From Candidatus Daviesbacteria bacterium (GTDB lineage: Bacteria; Patescibacteriota; Microgenomatia; Daviesbacterales; UBA10151), in NCBI GenBank assembly GCA_016186955.1, contig JACPKP010000003.1, positions 66,290 through 130,289 on the forward strand: a stretch of DNA of 64,000 nucleotides. Direction: 5' to 3'. The translations under genes were made by a program, and so were the position numbers. A model generated the notes under the pieces. The model was not told the DNA's origin. It searched no databases and saw only the letters and a program-made list of their open reading frames with translations. Below, one piece after another: positions 9,216 to 18,582 of this stretch. Within the stretch, counting starts at the first letter, position 1. Each line of letters begins with the position of its first letter.

Positions 9216-10655
9216 GAATTTAATCTGGTATACTCCGGTAAAATCCCCTTCTGCTCTGGAAAATATCCTTAATGGTTTTATGTATGGTTTGATCTCTGTA
9301 GGAATTAACTGGCTGTGGGATATAAAATAAACTGGGGATAATTTGGCCAAAAACCTAATCTGATTTAAATCAATATGGTCTTTGGGCAGGGCCAAAATTT
9401 TTAATCCAAGACTATTTCGGTAGTAGCTTAGCGCATAAGATGAGATATTGCTCATTCCGTCGAGGGTAGGGACCAGTAAAAAAACTTCCCCTTTAGAGGG
9501 CCTTATTGAATCAAAAAAAGCCAATGCTTCTTTAACACTATATCCTGAAGGCCAATCAAATACGTAGGCCCGTTCTATCTGAAGCAGGGAACCTTTGGGG
9601 ATTAAGGAAAAAAAACCAAGGGGGTGAAAAGTTATAAGCAAAGCTTCAAACAACAATGGTAGGAAGATTAACATCCTAATCCATAAGGCATTTTTTAAAC
9701 GTGAGATTAAGTTATCCAAACCAACCGCAAGGATGAGCAAAAGCGGGGCTGCAGCGAATAAATCATAACGGAAATTTAACATCTTAGAAGTCAGTATCAG
9801 CAAAAGAGAAGGCATCAAAAACCATAGGAATAAAACCCTAGTCTCTTTTTGTGCTGTATCTTTTTTTAGAAAAAAAAGCCCTGCAAAAACAGCAGGTGTG
9901 AAATAAAGCAGATATGAGATAGTAAAGAAAAGTAAATTCCTAAACCAGGTTTGGATGGGGAAACCGGCAACTTCGTTTAATGGAAGTGCAAACCCCTGCC
10001 CCTCAAGTAAAATCAAGTTGAAATCCGGCCTTAAGATTAAAGGTAGGATAAAGCTCAAGGAAACAATTAAGGGGATTATTAAGGTTCTAACCCTAAAAAC
10101 GATTAACGCAACAAAAGCTGTGATACCAAGATATAAACCGGTAGTTTTTATCCAAAGAGTCAAACCAAGGATTATCCCCAGATTTAAAGCGTCAACCCAC
10201 CGGAATTTTTTTCTTAGTTTAAAGACCAATGCTAAAACCATAATGTTTAAATCAAACAAAATACCATCCATTAAGGCTGTTGCCTGTGAAAAAATCAAAA
10301 AAGGAGAAAAAGCGTATAATATTAAACCAATGGTTGCTGCATTTGCATTTCTCAGCTGCCTTATGAGTTTATATAAAATAAAAAAAGGTGGGATACTTAT
10401 TATCAGGTTTACCAATCTGGCGCCGGTGACCGGGTTATTAAAAATTTGTGCTCCGAACCCGTAAACCCAAAAAAGCAAAGGTTGTTTATGCCAAACTTCA
10501 ACCGGCATAAACAACCCGTCTTTTAACTTCAGCGAAAGGATTCCCCACCAGGCATAATTTGACTCATCAATAAATGGTGGGAAAGTAAAGATAAAATAGA
10601 TACGCAAAGCCAAAAATAAAATAAAAACCCAGATAATTTTAGTTGATGTAGCCAC
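9213..10655 (-). CDS. ArnT/PMT-like GT-C membrane glycosyltransferase (GT39/GT83-like)
   Basis: N-terminal TM helix followed by a first-loop DE motif (FPPFIDESNYAWWG). Polytopic, 480 aa. Confidence 0.5.
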   Translation of the reverse strand: MATSTKIIWVFILFLALRIYFIFTFPPFIDESNYAWWGILSLKLKDGLFMPVEVWHKQPLLFWVYGFGAQIFNNPVTGARLVNLIISIPPFFILYKLIRQLRNANAATIGLILYAFSPFLIFSQATALMDGILFDLNIMVLALVFKLRKKFRWVDALNLGIILGLTLWIKTTGLYLGITAFVALIVFRVRTLIIPLIVSLSFILPLILRPDFNLILLEGQGFALPLNEVAGFPIQTWFRNLLFFTISYLLYFTPAVFAGLFFLKKDTAQKETRVLFLWFLMPSLLLILTSKMLNFRYDLFAAAPLLLILAVGLDNLISRLKNALWIRMLIFLPLLFEALLITFHPLGFFSLIPKGSLLQIERAYVFDWPSGYSVKEALAFFDSIRPSKGEVFLLVPTLDGMSNISSYALSYYRNSLGLKILALPKDHIDLNQIRFLAKLSPVYFISHSQLIPTEIKPYIKPLRIFSRAEGDFTGVYQIKF

Positions 10656-10656
10656 A

Positions 10657-12381
10657 TTATTTAGTTTTCTTCCGGTATAGAAAGATGAAGGATAGAGAGA
10701 CTATGAAAAAATTAATGCTGAGTATGTTGCTGACTGACCTTAATGTGGTGTTTTCTAAGTTTAAAATTACTTCATGTTTGCCCGGAGGGAGTTGGATATC
10801 CATAAACCCGTAAATATTGTCGTAGTTGGGTTGTGCTTCTTTACTGTCTACAAATACCTTCCAACCCGGATAATAATGGGTGAAAAACCTTGCCACTGAT
10901 GGTTTTTGCATCTCCATATTGTATTTTTTCAAGGATGCAGTAAGTTTGTAGTCAATTATTTTGGCCTCACCCAGCAGAATTTTTACCTCTTCTTTAGGCC
11001 GGTCTGATTCTGCAGGTAAGACATCTGTCCAGCGGGGCATGTATCCCGGCTCAGGGTCAAAATTTTTCAGGTTCTCAGAAGGGTGTAAAATTTTATAGCC
11101 AAAATCAACCTCATTTGAATTACCATAAGCTGCAGGTTTTAAATAACCGCCATAGGCATAGGTTGCAGCTACCATTAAACAAACAAAAACGATATACCTG
11201 GAAGTGTCGTTTTTAAAGGCTATAAGAATGCTGCCTGCGATAAACGATGAAGTAAATGTCGCCACTGCCAGAAACCTCCAGGAATACTGGATGAAAGGGA
11301 TATATGGTAGAGTTTCCCAGATAGGTTGGGAGATAGGCAACATAATATAAACAGAGGTAAAAAGGGTTGCTAAAAAAATCAACAATAGCCAGTATTCCCT
11401 AAGATTGAAATTTTCCAGGTTGACAAAGTTTGAGATAAATGCCAGTTTTTTTCCGGCCCAAAATTTTGCACAGATAATAGCGGCAAGTATAAAAACAGCC
11501 AGCCAATGGACTATTCCCAACTGGAAAGAGATCTTATCTGTGCAGCCGGTTTGTGAAGTGCCATAATTCCAAGACGGGGTAAAAAGCTGCTGCAGGCAGA
11601 CAAAATGGTGGTGGAAATCATAGTACCCAGAGTGCATGTAAACAATCTGGACATAATCCTGTTCAAAATAAGCCGGGATCAGAAAGAAAGATACCAACCC
11701 AAACCCTACAAACAGTGAGAATATGACTGGTAAAATTTGTCTGAAGGATTTATACAACAAGTATAGGTATGTAATATAAGCCAAAATTAAAGGGGAGAAC
11801 ATGATAATTGTCGGCGGATGGGAAATGGTTACCAGCGCTACAAAAAATGAGGCAAGGGTCAAATAAAGGCCCTTTGAGCTGTCAAAATAGGCTTTAATGC
11901 CCCAGAAAATACCAGGGACAAATGCCAGGGCAGTAAATTCCGGCAGGGCGCTCCTTACAAAAATATCCAGTATATGGTAAGGCGCAAGAAAATACAGGAA
12001 AGAGGAAAGGATGCCGGGCAGTGTGCCGAAATGCCTTTTTGCAAACAGGAACATCAACAGGGCTGAAATAAACCATAAAAAAACAGCAGAAACATTGAGT
12101 GAGGGTATATAGTCCAACCCTAAAGACCTGGGGATTTGAAATAAATAGTAGATCCCGGGCTGGTAAAAATTAAAAAGCGGTTGGTTAAAACCCGGCACAA
12201 ACCAGTCAATCCAGCGTACCGGGAATTGTCCTGCCCTCAAAGCCTCCTCGAATTTCCTTAGGTAAATGGAATGCAGCTGGCTGTCATGGCCCAAAAACAT
12301 CCCTTCTTTCAAAAAAGGCGCCAAAATCTGGGTAAAAAGCAGCAATGAAAAAATTATTATAATCCTGTACCAGAATTTCAT
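10657..12381 (-). CDS. Large polytopic membrane protein, YfhO-like or related to the 18583/25650/28547 family; probable GT-C-type
   Basis: 574 aa, at least 10 TM helices. N-terminal motif GHDSQLHSIY...GQFPVRWIDW, C-terminal soluble region and a final TM helix. Confidence 0.4.
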   Translation of the reverse strand: MKFWYRIIIIFSLLLFTQILAPFLKEGMFLGHDSQLHSIYLRKFEEALRAGQFPVRWIDWFVPGFNQPLFNFYQPGIYYLFQIPRSLGLDYIPSLNVSAVFLWFISALLMFLFAKRHFGTLPGILSSFLYFLAPYHILDIFVRSALPEFTALAFVPGIFWGIKAYFDSSKGLYLTLASFFVALVTISHPPTIIMFSPLILAYITYLYLLYKSFRQILPVIFSLFVGFGLVSFFLIPAYFEQDYVQIVYMHSGYYDFHHHFVCLQQLFTPSWNYGTSQTGCTDKISFQLGIVHWLAVFILAAIICAKFWAGKKLAFISNFVNLENFNLREYWLLLIFLATLFTSVYIMLPISQPIWETLPYIPFIQYSWRFLAVATFTSSFIAGSILIAFKNDTSRYIVFVCLMVAATYAYGGYLKPAAYGNSNEVDFGYKILHPSENLKNFDPEPGYMPRWTDVLPAESDRPKEEVKILLGEAKIIDYKLTASLKKYNMEMQKPSVARFFTHYYPGWKVFVDSKEAQPNYDNIYGFMDIQLPPGKHEVILNLENTTLRSVSNILSINFFIVSLSFIFLYRKKTK

Positions 12382-12502
12382 ATTAGATAATTTTCAATTT
12401 TTAATTTACAATTTTTAATCAATAATCTAATTTTTAAATTTTCAAATTGATTTATTGAAAATTCAATGAAAAATGAAAATTGATACTTGTAAATTTGTGA
12501 CT

Positions 12503-15109
12503 TCATAGAGGTTTAAATGTTCCCAGCATTTTATAAAACAGGTCAAGTTTTATTGAATTTCCTGGATAAACTTTAAACTGCCAGACCTCACTCTCTTTGA
12601 TTAGAACAAAACGTTGTGAAGAATCCCCCTGGGGCGTGCCGAAAACCTGCACGGCTGCTATAAAACCTATAAAATTAATAGGCTGGACATCCAAAAGCAC
12701 ACCGGTCATCTTCAAGGGTGATTTGCTGATATGGTCTTCAATATTTTCCCCTTCTTTGAGCTTGGTGGCCAGAGCCTGGATATTGAGGCCCATACTGCCG
12801 GGGTTATTATCGGAAATCAGCATAATTTGAGCATTAGGATCTTTACTTACTGAAAACTTAGGGGGTATTTTGATGGAAAAGTGATTCCCCGGATCTTGTA
12901 TTTCTTTCCAGGAAACAGTCTGTTCTAAATTTGCCGGGTCGTTTAAATTATAAGTGCTGATTTTTTTAAGTATATTATCAGCCTCCAGGCCGATCGGGTC
13001 GCCGATCGGGGATAGTTGTTTCACAGTCTCAAACTCCAGTTTTGCCTGGTCTGTCCTGCCGATATTGATATATGATAACCCGAGGTTAAAATGTACGGAG
13101 AGATTTTTTACATCCAGCCTCTCCGCTTTGGCAAGGTAATGGTAAGAGCTGTTAAAATCCCTCATCCTTGCGTAAAACTCTCCCAGATGTGCCAGGACTT
13201 CGGCATTCTCCGGGTTTGTAGCTTTAGCCATGTTGAAATATTTCAGCGCCTGCCCATTATCACCTTGCTTTGCAAAATAGTCTCCGAGGTACTCATAGGC
13301 ATAGACATAGTCGTTTAAGATATTATTAAAGCCTCCGCGGTAGTTTCTTTCCAGGTAATAAGGTTTTGGGTGCAAAGGCGTGGTAAATTTAAAGTCATAC
13401 AAAGCTAAATTAAGTTTAGCTTCCTGCGTTGCCCGGATCACTTTTAAGGTTAATCCATTGGGGACGAATTTAAACCTTTTTTCATCCAGCCTGAGCTGTC
13501 CTCCGTCGGTAGCTGCCAAAGCAGAAGCCCGCAGGGTTAAATGGGTGACATAAATAGGGTGGGAGTTAATATTTTCATCAATAAACTGGTTCATGGCATC
13601 GTTATACTCAGAGTATTTTTTATATTGGATAATCTGTTCTATTTTGTCTGAAACTGATAAATTTGTGGCATGGCGGACCACGTCCCTTTCCCACCTGTTT
13701 ACATAAAACACATTTGCCGTTAAAGGTGTCACATCAGGCCTGTAAATATCCGCTTCATGCAAATAATGGGACAGTGAATTAAAAAAATCCCCGGTGCCGA
13801 TTATGATGGCGTTTTTCTCAAGCGGGGAGTATAAGTTATAGGCATAATCCGAAGCGAAATAGTGGTTGCTTCTGTCCAAGATCCAGAAGAAGCTTAAAAG
13901 CGGCAAAAAGCACAGTGAAAAAACCAGGAAAAGTTTTCTGCCGGATAACTTAAATTTTAAAGCAGCAAAATAAAAACCAGCCCCTAAAAAAATTGATAAA
14001 AATTCCCAGGCTAAAATAAACCATGATTCCTGGTTTCCGGAATAGTATATTCCGGAATATACGACATCAATTACCGGAACTGAGAGTAAAAATACCAGCA
14101 AAAACCTGTTTACCTTGTAAACATAGTAAATACCCAAAGCCATAAAAGGGAACAGGAATGGCGTAAATTGGATCAATGTATTCAATAGGAAATAAGAGAA
14201 TGATTGCGCAAAGATAAGCGGGGAGCCGGTGAAACCATTGATGGATCCTCCTTCAGGTTCATAAATATTTAATCCCTCGCCATGTAAGTGGCCAATAAAA
14301 AGTTTCCATGTTTGCGGGTTGCCCCAGTTGATAAAAGGCCAAGAACTGGCCCGGATCGGCAGATAAGAATAAACAGCAGAAATTGTGGCTGCAAAAATTA
14401 AACCTAAAATGATCAGTTTGGGTATATTTAAAGACTTACGGTTTAAAAACATGACATAAAGCGTGGCAGGCACCAGGGATGCGACAGTCGGGTTGGCGCC
14501 TGCAGCCAGCCCGTAGAGGAATGCAACCAGCAGGAGTATTTTAAATAGGTATGCAGAGTAGCGGTTAAAACTTAATTTTTTTTCAGTTATTTCACGTTTT
14601 TTAACCATAATTTTAAGAAGCAAATAGGCAAAAAGCGCCACAAAAAAATAGGTAAAAATAAAAGCCTCGGTATTTTGTGACTGTGACCAGTACTGGTAGG
14701 AAAATGCCAAGGCAGTTGCCCCAAAAAGGGCGGAAAGATGAGGGAGCCCGCCTGAAGCGCTATATGTAGCATTGCGGGCAGGTTTGTGGAAGAAAAAGTT
14801 GTTTTGTAAAATCAGCAGGATGATTTTGTATACCATCAGCAGCAAAGCCAAAGAAAAGATAATGGTAAAAAGCTCCAGGCTTAAAAGTTTGGTAAAAAAA
14901 GGTGTGACTTGGGTAAAAATATGGGATGCCATCATATAAAAAGGGAAACCTGGCGGATTTGGGATGCCAAGTGATGAGGCTGCTGCAATCATGGTTCCCG
15001 AATCTATCCAGAGTATTGATGGAGGTTTGGTGTAAAAGTAAATTAGAAAAGCCAGTATCAATAAAGATAAAGGCATAATGTTGGGGTATTTTAAAAAGCT
15101 TTTGGGCAT
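12503..15109 (-). CDS. TMEM260-like (DUF2723) GT-C glycosyltransferase with C-terminal TPR repeats
   Basis: N-terminal motif ILWIDSGTMIAAASSLGIPNPPGFPFYMM matches the DUF2723 WxDSGE...LGIxHPPGYPLY signature. At least 11 TM helices. C-terminal TPR: YAYEYLGDYFAKQGDNGQALKYF, AHLGEFYARMRDFNSS. Confidence 0.65.
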   Translation of the reverse strand: MPKSFLKYPNIMPLSLLILAFLIYFYTKPPSILWIDSGTMIAAASSLGIPNPPGFPFYMMASHIFTQVTPFFTKLLSLELFTIIFSLALLLMVYKIILLILQNNFFFHKPARNATYSASGGLPHLSALFGATALAFSYQYWSQSQNTEAFIFTYFFVALFAYLLLKIMVKKREITEKKLSFNRYSAYLFKILLLVAFLYGLAAGANPTVASLVPATLYVMFLNRKSLNIPKLIILGLIFAATISAVYSYLPIRASSWPFINWGNPQTWKLFIGHLHGEGLNIYEPEGGSINGFTGSPLIFAQSFSYFLLNTLIQFTPFLFPFMALGIYYVYKVNRFLLVFLLSVPVIDVVYSGIYYSGNQESWFILAWEFLSIFLGAGFYFAALKFKLSGRKLFLVFSLCFLPLLSFFWILDRSNHYFASDYAYNLYSPLEKNAIIIGTGDFFNSLSHYLHEADIYRPDVTPLTANVFYVNRWERDVVRHATNLSVSDKIEQIIQYKKYSEYNDAMNQFIDENINSHPIYVTHLTLRASALAATDGGQLRLDEKRFKFVPNGLTLKVIRATQEAKLNLALYDFKFTTPLHPKPYYLERNYRGGFNNILNDYVYAYEYLGDYFAKQGDNGQALKYFNMAKATNPENAEVLAHLGEFYARMRDFNSSYHYLAKAERLDVKNLSVHFNLGLSYINIGRTDQAKLEFETVKQLSPIGDPIGLEADNILKKISTYNLNDPANLEQTVSWKEIQDPGNHFSIKIPPKFSVSKDPNAQIMLISDNNPGSMGLNIQALATKLKEGENIEDHISKSPLKMTGVLLDVQPINFIGFIAAVQVFGTPQGDSSQRFVLIKESEVWQFKVYPGNSIKLDLFYKMLGTFKPL

Positions 15110-15206
15110 AATTTTGGTGTGTAACGATTTTTGCAGAAATGAAGATAGTTTTCAAGACCGTAGAAAGAACTTGTAATGGCAAAAAATTTATTATAAAGTA
15201 GATGCA

Positions 15207-16115
15207 ATGCATCAGTTAAAACTGGATTGGAAAAAATTATTGCCGCTTATTCCGCCTGCAGTAACCAAGCTTAAAATATCCGGCTTGGCATTTTTCAGGC
15301 GGCGTTCCCCGGTTATTTTAGGGGCAATATTAGGTCTGTTGGTCTCATACCTGACTTATACCTATGTCACAAGCCCCAATCCCACCATTACACTACAAGT
15401 TCCAGCTGGTGACCAGGAAGTAAAAAGCGAAAACCTATTTGTTAAGGGAATAGTAGCGCCTATTGGGTCTAAGGTCAGGGTTAACGGCCAGGAGGTTGCT
15501 GAAAACGGCGACGGTACTTTCACCACTGTTATTAACATACCCGAAGGTAAAAGCACACTCAAAATAGAAGCAAACTACCGGGGGAAAAACGCGGAAGTGA
15601 TACACCTTATTAACAGGCTGTTGACAGAAGAGGAACAAAAAACCAAAGATGAACAAAAAAGAAGGGCCCAACTAAAAGACAAAGAGGATGTTTTGGGGAT
15701 AGACCAAAAGATTGATGAGCTGATAGTGGCGTACAATAACAAAACCGGCAGTGATATTGTACGGGTATTAGACCATAAGGTAAATGAAAAAGCAGGGTTT
15801 CGGTCTGTCAGCGGAGAAGTCATAAACGGTGCCAAAGAAGATGTGTATTGGGTGAAGGTTACAGCTAACTTTTATGATGAACACGACAGCCTGGTTGACA
15901 CAAAAATAGGGTTTGCTGTGGCGCTTGACCAATATTTAAAACCAGGGGACAAGGGGACTTTTGACAGCCAGTCAACATCAAAAGAATTTTCTTACTATAA
16001 ACTTTCAGTGGAATGGAAAAAAGGCAGCGATTTGGGTGGCGCCCAGTCGCAGGAAGAAGCTGAAGCTGCCACAAAATCCGCTGAAAAAACACCCCAGCCT
16101 TCACCCAAAAAGTGA
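15207..16115 (+). CDS. Hypothetical membrane-anchored protein with a K/E-rich extracytoplasmic region
   Basis: Single N-terminal TM helix (VILGAILGLLVSYLTYTYV), then a beta-rich segment, a charged coiled region and a C-terminal PQPSPKK tail. Confidence 0.5.
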   Translation: MHQLKLDWKKLLPLIPPAVTKLKISGLAFFRRRSPVILGAILGLLVSYLTYTYVTSPNPTITLQVPAGDQEVKSENLFVKGIVAPIGSKVRVNGQEVAENGDGTFTTVINIPEGKSTLKIEANYRGKNAEVIHLINRLLTEEEQKTKDEQKRRAQLKDKEDVLGIDQKIDELIVAYNNKTGSDIVRVLDHKVNEKAGFRSVSGEVINGAKEDVYWVKVTANFYDEHDSLVDTKIGFAVALDQYLKPGDKGTFDSQSTSKEFSYYKLSVEWKKGSDLGGAQSQEEAEAATKSAEKTPQPSPKK

Positions 16116-16126
16116 AAAAAGTGTAG

Positions 16127-16480
16127 GTGAGTCAGATCGAAATGTTGACAAATTCTTACTGGTATGATATTCTTACTAGTATGAACGATTATACTCAAAC
16201 TATTTCTAAAATAAGAGAAAGGGGTCAGTTAACTGTCCCCCAGAGTGTAAGATCAGCCTTAAATTGGCCTGAAGATGAAGTGATGGTTAAAGTTACCACT
16301 ATCCAAGATGGGTTTAGAGTGGAGAGATTACCTGTTTCTCACCCCCAGCACCCTAAAAAGAAATTAACGGAAAAAGAATGGAGTAGGATCTGGAAGAATT
16401 TTCAGAAAATTAGCCGCTCGGGCAGGCAGGACATTAAATTAACAGATTTTTTGAGGCAAGACAGGGATACTCACTTTTAA
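16127..16480 (+). CDS. AbrB/MazE/SpoVT-type antitoxin (VapB-like); true start probably ATG 16181
   Basis: Swapped-hairpin motif RGQLTVPQSVRSALNWPEDEVMVKV. Its stop overlaps the PIN gene start (TAAATG). Confidence 0.6.
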   Translation: MSQIEMLTNSYWYDILTSMNDYTQTISKIRERGQLTVPQSVRSALNWPEDEVMVKVTTIQDGFRVERLPVSHPQHPKKKLTEKEWSRIWKNFQKISRSGRQDIKLTDFLRQDRDTHF

Positions 16481-16900
16481 ATGAACACTTATGTCCTGGA
16501 TACTTCAGTGGTGCTGCAGTGGATTCATCAGAAACATGAGCTTCATCCTAAACAGGCGCAGAAAATTTTTGAAGACTTACAATCCGGCAAGATCAATATT
16601 TTAATTCCCAATTTGTTAACTGTTGAACTTCTTAACGCGCTGCTTATCGGTAAAAAGACTTCAACAGAAGAGGCTAATTTAGCTGTTAAAGAAATCTTTG
16701 AGAGTACATTAACTATTGTTGAAGTAACCTTACCATTACTCTTTGAGACCTCTGTTTTGATGAGAGAGTATAGTCTTACGTCTTATGATGCTTATTTTCT
16801 GGCCCTTGCCCAAACAGAAGGATGTCAATTGATAAGTGATGATCAAAAAGCCCATGGTAAGATAACTGATGGAACAGTTCTAATGCTTGAAGATTATTAA
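16481..16900 (+). CDS. PIN-domain toxin (VapC-like)
   Basis: N-terminal YVLDTSVV (first acidic residue). Conserved D in SYDAYFLALAQ...LISDD. 139 aa. Confidence 0.7.
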   Translation: MNTYVLDTSVVLQWIHQKHELHPKQAQKIFEDLQSGKINILIPNLLTVELLNALLIGKKTSTEEANLAVKEIFESTLTIVEVTLPLLFETSVLMREYSLTSYDAYFLALAQTEGCQLISDDQKAHGKITDGTVLMLEDY

Positions 16901-16963
16901 GATTCCGGTAGTTCAAATCCCAGGGTTGATATTTTCCACAGAAAATTACTATGATAATAAAGT

Positions 16964-18319
16964 ATGCAGGAGATGCTTGATGGGCAGGATATCAGACGTG
17001 GGATAGACTTTTCAGCCAGGATGGGAAAGACTGTTGCCGAAAACCTGGAGGAAAAATTCTCCTGGTGGGGGGGTTCAGGGTGGAGCAGTGCCACGCTGGT
17101 ATTTTTGGCGCTGGTATTTTTTATTAACCTATTGGTTGTTTATCCTATATTTACCTATAACCTGGCCGGTTCATTTTCCTCTTCAGCGCTGCTTACTTTA
17201 GCTTTTTTATCAGAGCAGCTTGGTATTTTAAAAATAGGGCAGTTTTTACAATTTATTACCATATCCTCACTCATACTAACCCCTGTCAGTATTTACTTTT
17301 TTGTCAGAAAAAACACCAACCATGACCTGACAGCCCTGTTTGCCACATTATTTTTTATCTTGCCCAACCCTTTTGTTAAAGAAGGTATGCCTCTTTTAGG
17401 TGTGCTTTTTTCCGGCGACGGAGCACATGTTGTTGCGTTTACTTTTATACCATTGATACTGCTTTTGGTACAGGCGTTTATATCAGAGGGTATATCCATT
17501 TACGGGGTAATAGGTGCGATGCTGACAGCTGGTGTGGCTATTATTTCACCTTTTAGCGCATTTACCCTGTTGTGTTTATTTGGGTTGTTAATCCTGGCTG
17601 AAGGGTTTTTAGGCCACATACGTATAAAAATTGCCAGGCTGGGATTTTTACTGACTGCAGTATTTGCCCTGACCGCATTTTGGTATTTTCCTAATGTTTT
17701 GAACAATAAGATCATTGCCTTAGACCATGTTGGGTTAACTTTGCGCAGGATTACCGGAAGTTTACCTGTTGCCATCCCGGCGATTCCTATTTTTGGGACA
17801 GTTTCCTTCTTAATTTTCGACAGAAGGGCTAAATTAAAACCGGTTTTTTTAAGCGCGTCACTGTTACTCTATTTTTACCTTCTCTACAGTGTCAGCAATA
17901 ATCTTAATATAAACGGTATCTTTACAGCTGAAAGGTATGTTGCCGGCCTAACCCTTGGCGCAGCCTTTTTCTTAGCTGTAATGGCAGCCCCTTTGGTTGA
18001 AATGATCACCAGAAAATATATTTTAAAATTACATAAGCTATTTCTGGTTGGGCTTGCTGTAACCGTGTTTTTTATTGGTCTATTTTTAGCCAACTCCGGG
18101 TATATACAGATCCAGTCAGCCCAGTACTGGTCCAGTCAGTCTGCTGTTAAAAACCAGACCAATAAAGGGATAGGTTCGCTTGGCAGGAGTAATGATAACC
18201 CGCTTTTTTCAAATATTGCAGCAGGAGTCTCGCTGGCGATGCTTTTTATTTTCATCTTTGTCCTGATCCGTTATCCCGCGGTATTAAAGGTTAATGAGGG
18301 TAATGGAGCTTTACCATAA
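16964..18319 (+). CDS. Polytopic membrane protein, unknown family
   Basis: 451 aa, about 10-12 hydrophobic helices. No recognisable catalytic motif. Confidence 0.45.
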   Translation: MQEMLDGQDIRRGIDFSARMGKTVAENLEEKFSWWGGSGWSSATLVFLALVFFINLLVVYPIFTYNLAGSFSSSALLTLAFLSEQLGILKIGQFLQFITISSLILTPVSIYFFVRKNTNHDLTALFATLFFILPNPFVKEGMPLLGVLFSGDGAHVVAFTFIPLILLLVQAFISEGISIYGVIGAMLTAGVAIISPFSAFTLLCLFGLLILAEGFLGHIRIKIARLGFLLTAVFALTAFWYFPNVLNNKIIALDHVGLTLRRITGSLPVAIPAIPIFGTVSFLIFDRRAKLKPVFLSASLLLYFYLLYSVSNNLNINGIFTAERYVAGLTLGAAFFLAVMAAPLVEMITRKYILKLHKLFLVGLAVTVFFIGLFLANSGYIQIQSAQYWSSQSAVKNQTNKGIGSLGRSNDNPLFSNIAAGVSLAMLFIFIFVLIRYPAVLKVNEGNGALP

Positions 18320-18537
18320 TGTTAAACCGGGTTCCGGTCTGTGAAAACCATCTTGCAGCCCTTTATGAAGCCTTAAAAAGAGATGATTTAAAAGTAGTGC
18401 GTAAAGTTGAGCATCTCCTGACCGGTGAAGAGAAATGCGTGGCATGCTCATATATGTTTATAGCCCAAGGGGGCGCAAAAAAGGCTTTCAAAGAATTTTT
18501 AGTGGCAAGAAGGGTTTTGTACCCGCGCCTGAACTAA
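18319..18537 (+). CDS. Small hypothetical protein (72 aa) with CxxH...CxxC; start overlaps the upstream stop
   Basis: TAATG overlap with the upstream gene. Cys/His pattern CENH...CVAC. Weak. Confidence 0.3.
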   Translation: MLNRVPVCENHLAALYEALKRDDLKVVRKVEHLLTGEEKCVACSYMFIAQGGAKKAFKEFLVARRVLYPRLN

Positions 18538-18582
18538 TTTGTCATTGATCTTTCCTCTTTTTGATGATATGTTTTTTGATTA

